Below, piece after piece: positions 39,484 to 49,420 of a stretch of 64,000 nucleotides of DNA. Origin of the DNA: Candidatus Cloacimonadales bacterium. GTDB lineage: Bacteria; Cloacimonadota; Cloacimonadia; Cloacimonadales; JAFGVF01. Numbering within the stretch: position 1 is the first letter of the stretch; every line of letters starts with the position of its first letter. The stretch lies in contig OY762964.1 of NCBI GenBank assembly GCA_963667035.1, forward strand, positions 992,001-1,056,000, written 5' to 3'. The notes under the pieces are model-generated. The model did no database searches and was not told the origin of the DNA. It was given only the letters and a program-made list of their open reading frames with translations. Position numbers and translations under genes: made by a program.

Positions 39484-40804
39484 CTTCTTTGCGTCCTTTA
39501 AATATCAGTTTTATAGTTGCTCCCGTGAAGCCGAACTCTTTACGTATCTGATTATGAAGGTATCTCTTGTATTCCTCTTTTATCAAAGTTGCATCGTTGC
39601 AGAAGAACACGAATGTCGGAGGGTGTACTCCGGCTTGAGTGATGTAAAAGAACTTGATTCTTTTACCTGTTTTATGAGATGGTTGATGCTTATACACAAC
39701 TCGTTCGAGGAAGTCATTAAGCATTGAGGTTGTCACCCTTTTGTTTGATTCTTCAGTAACGCTTACAACAGTCTCCATAATCTTATGTATTCTTTGGGTT
39801 GTTTTAGCTGATACAAACAATATCGGAGCATAGTCGATAAAAGAAAGCTCATCTCTTATCTTTTTTATGTACTGTCCGGTTGTTGCATTGTCTTTATCGG
39901 GTAAATCCCATTTATTCACCACAACTATCAAGTCCTTGAACTTTCTTCTCACATAGGATGAAATACGTTGTTCCTGATTAGAAATCTCTTCGTCTGCAGA
40001 AATTACAAGTATCACTACATCAGCTCTATCTATGGCATCGATTGTTCTCATTGAACTAAAATATTCAACACCGTATTTAACCTTTGATTTACGTCTTAAT
40101 CCCGCTGTATCTACAAGCACGTACTCTTCACCGTAATATTTGATTACAGAGTCAATTGAGTCACGAGTAGTTCCCGGAATATCGGAGACTATGAGTTGTT
40201 GCTCACCTAAAAGACAGTTTGTGATTGAGCTTTTACCTACATTAGGCTTGCCGACAATCGCAATATGAAGTCTGTCATCAGTTTCAACATAATCATCATC
40301 AATTGTCTCAGGCATTACAGCAAGAAGTTCGTCCAGGAAGTTACCCGTATTTCTGCCGGCATTTGCGGCTATAGGGAAAGCATCTCCGAAACCTAGTTGC
40401 ATGAACTCATATACTTCGAGTTCATCTTTCTCGTTATCAACTTTATTAACAACAAGCATGACCCTGTCTCTAAACGGCATTAACTTCTGAGCTAACATCA
40501 TATCAAGGTCAGTTACACCGGTCTTTGCTTCAACAACAAAGAGTATCCAGTCGGCTTCCTCTATTGCTAGATCCGCCTGATGCTGAATGTGTTTATCCAT
40601 TGGCTCATCTGAGTCGGCAACAATTCCACCCGTATCTATAATTGTGAACTTTTTACCGTTCCAAACGACATCCTCATACTTACGATCTCTTGTTATTCCC
40701 GGTTCAAAGTCAATAATCGCTTTGCGTTTCTTACATAATCTATTGAAAAGTGTCGATTTTCCTACATTGGGTCTACCAACTATTGCTACTATCTGTTTTC
40801 TCAT
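39461..40804 (-). CDS. der: Ribosome biogenesis GTPase Der (EngA)
   Basis: Two G domains (GRPNVGKS/DTGG/NKVD and GKPNVGKS/DTAG/NKWD) and a KH-like C-terminus. Confidence 0.96.
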   Translation of the reverse strand: MRKQIVAIVGRPNVGKSTLFNRLCKKRKAIIDFEPGITRDRKYEDVVWNGKKFTIIDTGGIVADSDEPMDKHIQHQADLAIEEADWILFVVEAKTGVTDLDMMLAQKLMPFRDRVMLVVNKVDNEKDELEVYEFMQLGFGDAFPIAANAGRNTGNFLDELLAVMPETIDDDYVETDDRLHIAIVGKPNVGKSSITNCLLGEQQLIVSDIPGTTRDSIDSVIKYYGEEYVLVDTAGLRRKSKVKYGVEYFSSMRTIDAIDRADVVILVISADEEISNQEQRISSYVRRKFKDLIVVVNKWDLPDKDNATTGQYIKKIRDELSFIDYAPILFVSAKTTQRIHKIMETVVSVTEESNKRVTTSMLNDFLERVVYKHQPSHKTGKRIKFFYITQAGVHPPTFVFFCNDATLIKEEYKRYLHNQIRKEFGFTGATIKLIFKGRKEDEFSTEY

Positions 40805-41020
40805 TCTATTTTTTCCTATAACTTACTTTTTCTCAAAATTTTAGAGGGGTTTAATCTGTCAAGTAGTGCTTATTTCTCTGCATGTTTATCCTTCCGAATA
40901 TTTTCAGTCAAGATATTATGGAGAAAACTCTGTCCTACACAAAATCCATTAGATTCTGAGTTATATAAAGACAGCATTTGTATATGACACTAAGAGCCAT
41001 GCTCTCATTCTTAAATAATA

Positions 41021-41907
41021 TTGACACCAAAACCTATAAGCCTTTAGTGTATTCACTTAGAATAGCTGACAGGCTTTCGTTACAGCTTGACACCAAAACC
41101 TATAAGCCTTTAGTCGCAGAATGAAGAAAGAAATAGATAAGATGAGTTACAGCTTGACACCAAAACCTATAAGCCTTTAGTTATGGTTGCTGAAGGAGCT
41201 ACTAATTTTGAGTTACAGCTTGACACCAAAACCTATAAGCCTTTAGTCACTCCGAGTGGCTTCCCTGCTATCAGTGTGTTACAGCTTGACACCAAAACCT
41301 ATAAGCCTTTAGTCCTACGTCCACACTAAAACTTGGGCTACTAGTTACAGCTTGACACCAAAACCTATAAGCCTTTAGTTTGGTAATTGTTCTTGTTTAT
41401 CTTGCTCCTGTTACAGCTTGACACCAAAACCTATAAGCCTTTAGTTCCCGGCTATTCATGGACAAGTGCCGATATGTTACAGCTTGACACCAAAACCTAT
41501 AAGCCTTTAGTCACTCCGAGTGGCTTCCCTGCTATCAGTGTGTTACAGCTTGACACCAAAACCTATAAGCCTTTAGTTGTGCTTTCTGTTTCGAGCAGGA
41601 ATAATTCGTTACAGCTTGACACCAAAACCTATAAGCCTTTAGTTATTGGGATAAAGTAGAAGAGCTTATATCAGTTACAGCTTGACACCAAAACCTATAA
41701 GCCTTTAGTTGATTTCAAAATCAAGATATCCGTATGCCAGTTACAGCTTGACACCAAAACCTATAAGCCTTTAGTCATTCAACAACATCATATCTTGTAC
41801 ATTCGGTTACAGCTTGACACCAAAACCTATAAGCCTTTAGTACCAACAGGGACTAATGATGCTAATTCTTCGTTACAGCTTGACACCAAAACCTATAAGC
41901 CTTTAGT
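41021..41907 (+). CRISPR. Type II-C CRISPR array: 13 full 36-bp repeats plus one truncated repeat, 13 spacers (30-31 bp)
   Basis: Repeat GTTACAGCTTGACACCAAAACCTATAAGCCTTTAGT at 41079,41146,41212,41278,41344,41410,41476,41542,41608,41674,41740,41806,41872; last 28 nt only at 41021. + orientation inferred from tracrRNA complementarity. Confidence 0.97.
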
Positions 41908-41914
41908 AGGCTTT

Positions 41915-41954
41915 GCGGAACCCACTGATTAGCAGTGAGTTCCGCTATTATTTT
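41915..41954. terminator. Hairpin between the array and the cas2 stop
   Basis: GCGGAACCCACTG-attag-CAGTGAGTTCCGC followed by TATTATTTT. Confidence 0.6.
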
Positions 41955-42291
41955 ATAGATTTTCCCAGATGATTTCGAGTTGTTCAGGGGGTAATTTAGG
42001 TCCGATAACTTCAGTATTTCTGATATTTATAACGGAACCGAATTGCTTATCTGTGAAGAAAAGAATAGAAACTTTACCTTTTAACGGAGCTTCCTCATCA
42101 AGTTTTTTCACCATTGATTGCATTTTGTCTCTAGAACCGCAGAATCTAAGATATACAGAGAATTGAGACATCTCAAATCCATTATCAAGTAGGAATTTTC
42201 TGAATTTTGAAGCTTTCTTTCTTTCCTGAGCAGTAGTAACGGGTAAGTCAAACAGTACCATCATCCACATAAGTCTGTATCCGCTTAACAT
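41953..42291 (-). CDS. cas2: CRISPR-associated endonuclease Cas2
   Basis: LSGYRLMWMMVLFDLPV, FRKFLL.NGF.MSQFSVY, FTDKQF. Confidence 0.95.
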   Translation of the reverse strand: MLSGYRLMWMMVLFDLPVTTAQERKKASKFRKFLLDNGFEMSQFSVYLRFCGSRDKMQSMVKKLDEEAPLKGKVSILFFTDKQFGSVINIRNTEVIGPKLPPEQLEIIWENL

Positions 42292-43169
42292 TGTTCAAAA
42301 TCCGGAAAGAGAAGAAGGTTCTTCTTTTCTCGATAACTTTTTACAAGAGAATCTATAGAGTTTTGTATACAATTATATAAAACCCATCTCTTATTACTCA
42401 TTTCTCCTGTATACTCCATGAATCCTAATAGCTCTTTTTTTGATTGAGGAGTTAACTCGCAGGAGTCATCAATCTCCATCCGCTTAATCAGATAATCAAC
42501 ATAAGGGCGATACGGTTCCATCATATCGTCAGCAAGACACCACGGATCTAGCCTGTTACAATGATGTATTCCAAAGCTTTGATGTAGTCCTGAAGCGGCT
42601 ATAGCTCTTACAACCGTGCTCCTAAGAATAGCATACCCGAAATTCAGAAAAGAATTTATACCCGGTTTATCAAAGTCTCTTCTAAACTCTTTACCAAACA
42701 AATCTTTCCAATATCGTGAAGCCATTTGCCCTTCAACATTGCTTATATCACCCGACTGTACTGTTTTAATACTTTTTGAAAGTACTTTGTCCTCAATTTC
42801 GCAAGCCATTAGAGTAAGATATTGGTTTTTAATTTTCTTCCTTATAATCTCTTGCCACAATCTATCATTGAAAGCTTTACTCGTAGAAATCTGATCATTT
42901 AATCTACCTGAAAGGTCATAGTTTACTTCCGTTCCGGATAGAAAACCGCACGGCATGAAGTTAGAACCGCAAATAACCATTGGTATATTCCTATTACATA
43001 ATTCTACAATCAGGTTATGACTATATCTTATTCCAAATCCTGAGACTATCAGGCACTCAAATGTATCGAATGCCCTTTTAACAATGCATTCACCATCAGT
43101 CTTTCCTATCAAAAATCCTCGCTCTTTTGATATGGAAATATTGTTTCTTGATATTTCAAGATAATTCAT
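42285..43169 (-). CDS. cas1: CRISPR-associated endonuclease Cas1 (type II)
   Basis: SGD..N.EG.MAS.YW..LFG, N..LNFGYAILRS, GIHH, LADDMMEPYRP. Confidence 0.95.
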   Translation of the reverse strand: MNYLEISRNNISISKERGFLIGKTDGECIVKRAFDTFECLIVSGFGIRYSHNLIVELCNRNIPMVICGSNFMPCGFLSGTEVNYDLSGRLNDQISTSKAFNDRLWQEIIRKKIKNQYLTLMACEIEDKVLSKSIKTVQSGDISNVEGQMASRYWKDLFGKEFRRDFDKPGINSFLNFGYAILRSTVVRAIAASGLHQSFGIHHCNRLDPWCLADDMMEPYRPYVDYLIKRMEIDDSCELTPQSKKELLGFMEYTGEMSNKRWVLYNCIQNSIDSLVKSYREKKNLLLFPDFEQC

Positions 43170-43193
43170 TTTCCCTCCATTTCCTACTTAGGT

Positions 43194-46100
43194 TTACTTG
43201 TTTACATATCTGTCCTTTACTCTTCCTGTGATAGTTACTGTTATCTTTCGTGCATTGCACTCTTGTAACTGTTTTGCACTATAACTCTTAAAATAGCACT
43301 TCGCTCCTGCAAATAAATGACTAATCAAGAATACTTGTTCTTTTGATACAAACTTTACTCTAAAGTATTTTATGCCCTCCTCAGTATCCAAAGCAATCAT
43401 ATCATTAATCTGCAACCTCATAATCCTTTTAGCCATAGGATATTTTTGTTTCCAATTTGGTACAAAACCATGCCGGTGAACTGCAAAGAGTGGGATAATT
43501 TCACATTCCCATTTTCCTGCTAATTCCCTTTTAAACTTCTCAGGGAAAGCGTAAATGTCAGCACAGTAGTTACTACCGCTAATGTAATATTTATATACTT
43601 TCCCTTCTTTATCCCTTACTCCGAAAAGTGTAGCTTTCTTTCTCTGCTCTAGAACAACTTTGACTCTCTTAACTCCCGTTTCTTCACTATACTTTAGTAA
43701 TGCATCTTTCATCTCTAAATCAAAATTAGAATTCAAAAACATGAGTATGTCTTCATAAAGGCGTCTGTCTTTTATCTTTTCCAAATCTGCTTTTTTCTTA
43801 AAATCAGTTAAAAGTTTTTTGACAGTAATCCACACCTGACCCTCTTTACTGCTTTTTTGATTCCAATCACCTTCAAATATTGAATATGCTGTTTCATCAT
43901 GTAATGCCCCAATTGCCTTACCTGTTCGAATAGCTCTTTCTGCATTCCCATGGTCAGGGCGATGAGAAACAATAATGTTATCAACAATGCTTTGAGTTCG
44001 CTCTACAAAGTTTTCAAAAGGTTGAGGCATCTTCTCCAAGAATCTGGAATCTCCCGTTCTCTTTATTGCCCTGTGATATTGTTGAATCATTGAACGAGAA
44101 GTTAGTGCAACTACGAGAGCATCAATAGAATGGTGTCTATGGTCTGTTCTTTCTTTTTTCCCTGAATCTGACAGTAGGCTGTTCAATCCCCAGTAATACC
44201 TAAACTTTGCAGTCATTTTACCTGGTATAACCCAAACATCATCGGGACCTGCAACAGAGGTCATATATTCTCTTGCTATTTTGGACATATAACGAGTATC
44301 ATTGAGCATTCTTGCTAAGATTGCACCCTCATCTTCAAATCTTTCCATAGCGTCTTTTGCAAAACGTTTACGTTTGCTATAGCTTTGAATCTCATTAGCT
44401 CTGGCAATTATCTTATCCCATTCATATCCCTTTGGACTACTTCCAAATGCTTCATAGGGGCTACGCTCTCCTTTAATCCTGTTTGCTCCTCTGAGTGAGA
44501 TGGTTTTATTCATGAAGCTATCATCATAAGTTCTTGATTTTGGTAATATATGCTCAATCTCAAAGCGATTTGAGAAAAGCTCATGCTGAGGGATTTGTAC
44601 TCCACTGTATGGACAACACCTTTTTAGAGGATCTTTATTTAAATCCTCCCACAACTTATATCGTAGTCTATTCGTATAATTGTTAGGTATTCCAAGCTTT
44701 TCTAATTCCAGAGCTATTGCTTCATTATGTTTTCTCTCACGAGTTTGTTTTTTGCTAACGTCGTCTTTCTGCTTCTTATTTAGTTTCAAGTCTCTAGCTA
44801 ACTCAAGAACTATCTGTGAAGGAGCTCCTATCTCTAAAGCAAGTTGATTAACAAGCTTACGCAATTGGTTTAAAGCAATATGCACGGTTGGATTAGATAT
44901 TCTACCATAAATCTCTTCATCCAATTGACCATTAGGGTCAGCAAACATTACTTTAGTAGGCATCAGTTTACCATAATAAGGTAAATCTCCATCAACAAAC
45001 ACTTCACCTGTTCCCGGTTTTGAGTGCTTGTATCCTGCTTCGTTGCAAGCATCGCTATATATAAGCCCTTCTCTTAGAGAAGGAAGAATCTTCTTTATAG
45101 CTTTTATAGAGAGATTCCCGGTACCTGCCGGTAGATGTAAATTGGTTACATACTCCGCTTGCTCTTTCGATAAGCTATAATCATTTTGCAACACATTAAC
45201 AAGATTCTTTTCTACTTCAAGGTCATTCTCATCATTAAGTATCAACATCACAATCTCATGTTGTTTCTCAATTGGCAAGCTAAACCATTTCTTACCGAAT
45301 GCCTTCTCATTGCTTAAATCAATAGTAGTGGCATTCCCATTCAGTTCTTTTCGCTTATCATCTTCTAGATTAAAGCTATACATATCATAAATAGCTTTTG
45401 GAAGTATCTTTTTCCTAATTGTCATAAACTTGGCAGTTTTCTGTTTCATTAGCATTTCAATGATAGTGCTTCTTTGCTCTGAAGTTAACAGGGTTTTATT
45501 AAACTCCATATCCACAAGTACAAGATTGTTTACTTCAGAGAGTATTCTAAACTCTTGGAAATATGGACTTGCTTTCATAGCTCTTTCTTCACCTTTTTTG
45601 TATTCGAAGATACAAAGACCTTTTGGTTGAGCTTTAAGCGGTCTCTGATAGAAAATAATGTCTTTTATTTTATCGTGTAATTCCTGAGTCATAGTCGTAT
45701 GGTATTCAGCTTGTTTTTCCCATATCTTATCGAACTCATCTTCAATTAATTCTCTATCGGGAAAAATATCTTTCTCAGTTTCACCCGCATGGAATCTGAG
45801 AGAGCACTTCTTAATGTGTTGGGATTTATTCAATCCGGCATTAAGACTATATAGATATTCGCCGATAGTATCTGCTCTGTAATCTTTAAGTTTATCTTTT
45901 AAATTACTGATAGCTGCCTTGGTAGGTCCTGTTTCTTTATCATTTCTATCAAGTTTGCGATTACTTTTAAACCCTCTTCTTTTACTTAGATGAAAGATAG
46001 CTCTACCTATTTCATGCAGAGTTAATTTATCATGTAAAGCCTTTGTTCTTAACTCATAGGGATCAAGTTTAATTAGTTCTTGTATTTCAGATTCATTATT

Positions 46101-46358
46101 AGACATCAACCCATTTTTCTTTAGAGTTTTAAGAAGCTCTTCTCTTCGCATAAGATATCTGTCATGATTTCTCCGCATAGAACGTTTCACTCGTCTTGTA
46201 ACAGCTAAAGGCTCTTTACTTTTATTATCTCTACCATCATCAAATATCCTCACACCCATCCTAAGAATATCTATTGGTTCCTTATCCTCATTAAGCTCTA
46301 AAGCACACCAGCCTAAAGAAGTAGACCCCATATCAATTCCAAGTCTATACTTTTTCAT
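43194..46358 (-). CDS. cas9: Type II-C Cas9, about 1054 aa
   Basis: RuvC-I LGIDMGSTS, Arg-rich bridge helix, RRGFKSNRK, NPTVH.ALNQLRK, RuvC-II VLELAR, HNH EIEHILP...NK...N..KG, RuvC-III DHRHHSIDA. No csn2 or cas4. GGAGG favours the ATG at 46358 over the GTG at 46364. Confidence 0.96.
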   Translation of the reverse strand: MKKYRLGIDMGSTSLGWCALELNEDKEPIDILRMGVRIFDDGRDNKSKEPLAVTRRVKRSMRRNHDRYLMRREELLKTLKKNGLMSNNESEIQELIKLDPYELRTKALHDKLTLHEIGRAIFHLSKRRGFKSNRKLDRNDKETGPTKAAISNLKDKLKDYRADTIGEYLYSLNAGLNKSQHIKKCSLRFHAGETEKDIFPDRELIEDEFDKIWEKQAEYHTTMTQELHDKIKDIIFYQRPLKAQPKGLCIFEYKKGEERAMKASPYFQEFRILSEVNNLVLVDMEFNKTLLTSEQRSTIIEMLMKQKTAKFMTIRKKILPKAIYDMYSFNLEDDKRKELNGNATTIDLSNEKAFGKKWFSLPIEKQHEIVMLILNDENDLEVEKNLVNVLQNDYSLSKEQAEYVTNLHLPAGTGNLSIKAIKKILPSLREGLIYSDACNEAGYKHSKPGTGEVFVDGDLPYYGKLMPTKVMFADPNGQLDEEIYGRISNPTVHIALNQLRKLVNQLALEIGAPSQIVLELARDLKLNKKQKDDVSKKQTRERKHNEAIALELEKLGIPNNYTNRLRYKLWEDLNKDPLKRCCPYSGVQIPQHELFSNRFEIEHILPKSRTYDDSFMNKTISLRGANRIKGERSPYEAFGSSPKGYEWDKIIARANEIQSYSKRKRFAKDAMERFEDEGAILARMLNDTRYMSKIAREYMTSVAGPDDVWVIPGKMTAKFRYYWGLNSLLSDSGKKERTDHRHHSIDALVVALTSRSMIQQYHRAIKRTGDSRFLEKMPQPFENFVERTQSIVDNIIVSHRPDHGNAERAIRTGKAIGALHDETAYSIFEGDWNQKSSKEGQVWITVKKLLTDFKKKADLEKIKDRRLYEDILMFLNSNFDLEMKDALLKYSEETGVKRVKVVLEQRKKATLFGVRDKEGKVYKYYISGSNYCADIYAFPEKFKRELAGKWECEIIPLFAVHRHGFVPNWKQKYPMAKRIMRLQINDMIALDTEEGIKYFRVKFVSKEQVFLISHLFAGAKCYFKSYSAKQLQECNARKITVTITGRVKDRYVNK

Positions 46359-46464
46359 TGACACATACCTCCGGTCATTTATAAATTGTTATGTTTTATT
46401 TGATAATCTTTTCATACAATGTCAAGTGATATGATGAAAAGGTTTTGTGTATAAAATCTTATTT

Positions 46465-46557
46465 GTACTAAACACTTATAGGTTTTGGTGTCAAGCTGTT
46501 AATAAGGTTTTTTAACCACAAGATTAGGACACAGACTACGGTCTGTGTCCCTTTTTT
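46465..46557 (+). ncRNA. tracrRNA
   Basis: 46467-46499 matches the reverse complement of the repeat at 31/33; followed by AAGGTT..AACC, the GGACACAGAC-tacg-GTCTGTGTCC hairpin and a T tract; divergent from cas9. Confidence 0.9.
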
Positions 46558-46584
46558 ATATTAGCTCTACTTTAATGTATAAAG

Positions 46585-46614
46585 AAAAAGCCCCGACTCT
46601 TATGTGTCGGGGCT
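46585..46614 (-). terminator. Rho-independent terminator of the NatB-like gene
   Basis: AGCCCCGAC/GTCGGGGCT stem with an A tract on its left (U tract on the minus strand). Confidence 0.8.
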
Positions 46615-46632
46615 AAAGTAATATTCTGTATC

Positions 46633-48654
46633 TTATTCAATCACTTCTTGTTGATTTACAGTCGGGTTCATCTTAACAAATAGATAGATGACACCTGCAA
46701 CAATAGCAAAAGCAATAGGTATTAAGTAGTTATTGATTTCTCCATTCTCACCAACCAGAATCTGCAAAGCAGGGATTTGGTCTGCTCTTGTGAATAAAAC
46801 TGCGATACTATTATTCAAAGCATGAGCAAGTATGGGAATAAAAATACTCTTGGTTTTATAGAGTAGGAATCCCATATATATACCTAAAAGGAAAGTCGAC
46901 AGCAATCTGAACGGGTCAAGATGATAGATTGCGAACAATAGGGCGGATATAATAATAGGAATCCAGGTTTTACCGTTCTCAAAGAAGCGAGTAATGAATC
47001 CTCGGAACATTAACTCTTCACACACACCGGGTAATAATCCTATCACAACTATAGCGTGTAATAGTGATGTATCTTCCATTGAAATCAATCCGGCTAGTTT
47101 CTCCAGATACTCGGGAGGAATAGGGTAAATAAGATTAACCAGTGATGCTAATGAAGAAGCGGCAATAGCTAATGGTAATGCACCAAGTATAACAAGTCCG
47201 AAGTTAACCGGTTTCGTCATTTTTTGTCTGAATATTTCTTTCTTATCCAGCTTAAGTAGTCTTGTTATAACAAACGGTGGAAGCAAAATAATGAATATTT
47301 GAGTTCTCATTAATCCTGAAATTGCATCCTTTGATTGCCAGTAACTTCCAAGATAATAGAAAGCAAGCAGGGCAATCGTGAAATATACAATACCGAACAT
47401 TGGATTAAAGAAGTTCTTCTTATCCTTCTTCACGTTCTTAAGGTTTGTCTCTTCCTCTGTTCTAAAAAGGATTCCTTCAGAATTGAATAACTTCACTGTA
47501 ATGAATATGGCTATAACATCCAGAACTAATATCGAACCTACAGTAACAAGGAAATGAGAGATAATGAAATCACCCATTAGTATTTCCCTCATTAAAAGAG
47601 CAACATTAACAATAGGTATTAAAGCAATTCCTATATTAAGGTCGATACCGGGGAACATTGTTACCATACCTGCAAACATAGCCATCATCATCAAAGGCGA
47701 TTCATAGCTCTTTGCTTCCTTAATGTTTCTTGCAAATGTGGATATTGAAAGCAATAATGCCGAGAATAGCGTAATCAAAGGCAACAAAGCAATTAAGATA
47801 TAAACGAAATTTATAAGCGGCATGTTTATCGCACCGCTTTGCAGTCCTGAATTAGACAGTAAGTATTTCATGGAAATAGATAAACTGAATAAATTCACGA
47901 CCACATTTAATGCCGACATAGCCATAATAGTCAGATATTTAGCTAATACAATCTCATTACGCTTTGCTGCACTAATCAGAAGCGTTTCTAATGTCTTACG
48001 CTCCTTCTCTCCGGCTATCAAGTCAGTAGCAACAACAGCACCGCCACTAACAATGAACATCATGAGAATGTAAGGAAGAAAACTTCCTGCATATTTACCG
48101 TATACTCTGGTTGTACTTGCAGTTGATTTACTATTTGTGATGATAAGATTAAGATACTCGTCTCCAATGCCAATTTTTGCAAGTCTATCTGTTGTAATTT
48201 TCTTCTCGGCGACCTTCAAAGCATCACCTATCTTACCGAATCCCATTTCACTGCTGTCTTTAGTGTTGTCATATTTAATATCGGTAATAAAGACATAAGT
48301 ATTAGTAGCAGTCAAACTGTCTCTGATAGTAATTGTTGCATCCGGTTTAGCATCATCAGGGAACTCATAATCAGCACTCATTGTTGAAATGTTCAACGCT
48401 TCCTGCTTTTTCAGCTCCTCCAGGATTATGTCCAGGTCAGCTTGGTTCTCGGGGTTTATATCCCAAACAACATTAACATTAGCCCCTTTCTTTTCCAACT
48501 TACCGGCTTGCACCATCATAATAGAGCTGAAACCGATAAATATAATAGGGTAGAGAATCATTGGAAACAGAATAACAGTGAACATTGTTCTCTTATCACG
48601 AATCACTTCCAGAATCTCTTTTTTAAAGATTGCTCTAACTTTTTTAAAATTCAT
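46633..48654 (-). CDS. NatB-like ABC permease fused to CPBP (CAAX-like) intramembrane protease
   Basis: KE..E..RDKRT, AGEKERKTLETLL, EELMFRG, FAIYH, HALNN. Confidence 0.9.
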   Translation of the reverse strand: MNFKKVRAIFKKEILEVIRDKRTMFTVILFPMILYPIIFIGFSSIMMVQAGKLEKKGANVNVVWDINPENQADLDIILEELKKQEALNISTMSADYEFPDDAKPDATITIRDSLTATNTYVFITDIKYDNTKDSSEMGFGKIGDALKVAEKKITTDRLAKIGIGDEYLNLIITNSKSTASTTRVYGKYAGSFLPYILMMFIVSGGAVVATDLIAGEKERKTLETLLISAAKRNEIVLAKYLTIMAMSALNVVVNLFSLSISMKYLLSNSGLQSGAINMPLINFVYILIALLPLITLFSALLLSISTFARNIKEAKSYESPLMMMAMFAGMVTMFPGIDLNIGIALIPIVNVALLMREILMGDFIISHFLVTVGSILVLDVIAIFITVKLFNSEGILFRTEEETNLKNVKKDKKNFFNPMFGIVYFTIALLAFYYLGSYWQSKDAISGLMRTQIFIILLPPFVITRLLKLDKKEIFRQKMTKPVNFGLVILGALPLAIAASSLASLVNLIYPIPPEYLEKLAGLISMEDTSLLHAIVVIGLLPGVCEELMFRGFITRFFENGKTWIPIIISALLFAIYHLDPFRLLSTFLLGIYMGFLLYKTKSIFIPILAHALNNSIAVLFTRADQIPALQILVGENGEINNYLIPIAFAIVAGVIYLFVKMNPTVNQQEVIE

Positions 48655-49408
48655 GTTGTTCTATTTCCTCTTCCTCGACTTGGTTAACAAAATGTACGAA
48701 TATATCATCAAGATATGTTTTAGAACTAACATCTTGTAACTCTTCGAGTGTACCTTCTGCCAGTTTCTTACCTTTATGAATCATTACTATTCTGTCGGCA
48801 AGTCTCTCTGCTTCTCTCATAATATGAGTTGAGAAAAGAACACACTTTCCTTGTTCTTGAGATCTTCTCATAAACGATACTATGTTTCTTGCCGTAAGAA
48901 TATCCAAACCGGAAGTCGGTTCATCAAAAATCATTACGGGAGGGTCGTGTATAATTGAACGAACAATAGAGACTTTTTGTTTCATACCGGTTGATAAGAA
49001 CTCTATCTTTTTATCGAGAAAAGATTCCATATCAAGCATTTTTGCCATCTCGTCAATTCGTCTGTTTGCGGTTTCGGTGGGTACATCATATAATGCAGCG
49101 AAATAATTCAAGAATTCTCTTACTCTCAATCTATTGTATAGCCCAGTGTCACCGGAAAGGAATCCCAGATTCTCACGAACATTCTGACCATTTGTTAAGA
49201 TGTCGTATCCTTGAATTTTTGCCGTTCCTGATGTTGGTTGCAAAACAGTGGATAATACTCTCATGGTAGTAGTCTTGCCGGCACCGTTTACCCCCAAAAG
49301 GCATACCGTCTCACCGTCTTTGGCATTAAAGCTCAAAGAATCTACTGCTTTTTGAATATCACCATTCTTTTGCTTAAACTCTTTTGTCAGATTAATAACT
49401 TCTATCAA
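48644..49408 (-). CDS. NatA-like ABC transporter ATP-binding protein
   Basis: GVNGAGKT, LSTGMKQK, IFDEPTSGLD, STH; TTG start with GGAG RBS. Confidence 0.92.
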   Translation of the reverse strand: MIEVINLTKEFKQKNGDIQKAVDSLSFNAKDGETVCLLGVNGAGKTTTMRVLSTVLQPTSGTAKIQGYDILTNGQNVRENLGFLSGDTGLYNRLRVREFLNYFAALYDVPTETANRRIDEMAKMLDMESFLDKKIEFLSTGMKQKVSIVRSIIHDPPVMIFDEPTSGLDILTARNIVSFMRRSQEQGKCVLFSTHIMREAERLADRIVMIHKGKKLAEGTLEELQDVSSKTYLDDIFVHFVNQVEEEEIEQHEF

Positions 49409-49420
49409 AGTAACGACTCC

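Noticed and set aside
41387..41659. 90-aa ORF with repeated LQLDTKTYKPLV
   Set aside because: Translation of the 66-bp CRISPR repeat-spacer period; not a gene
41049..41871. Self-targeting spacers
   Set aside because: No match to the rest of the window noticed by eye; an exact search is needed to exclude it
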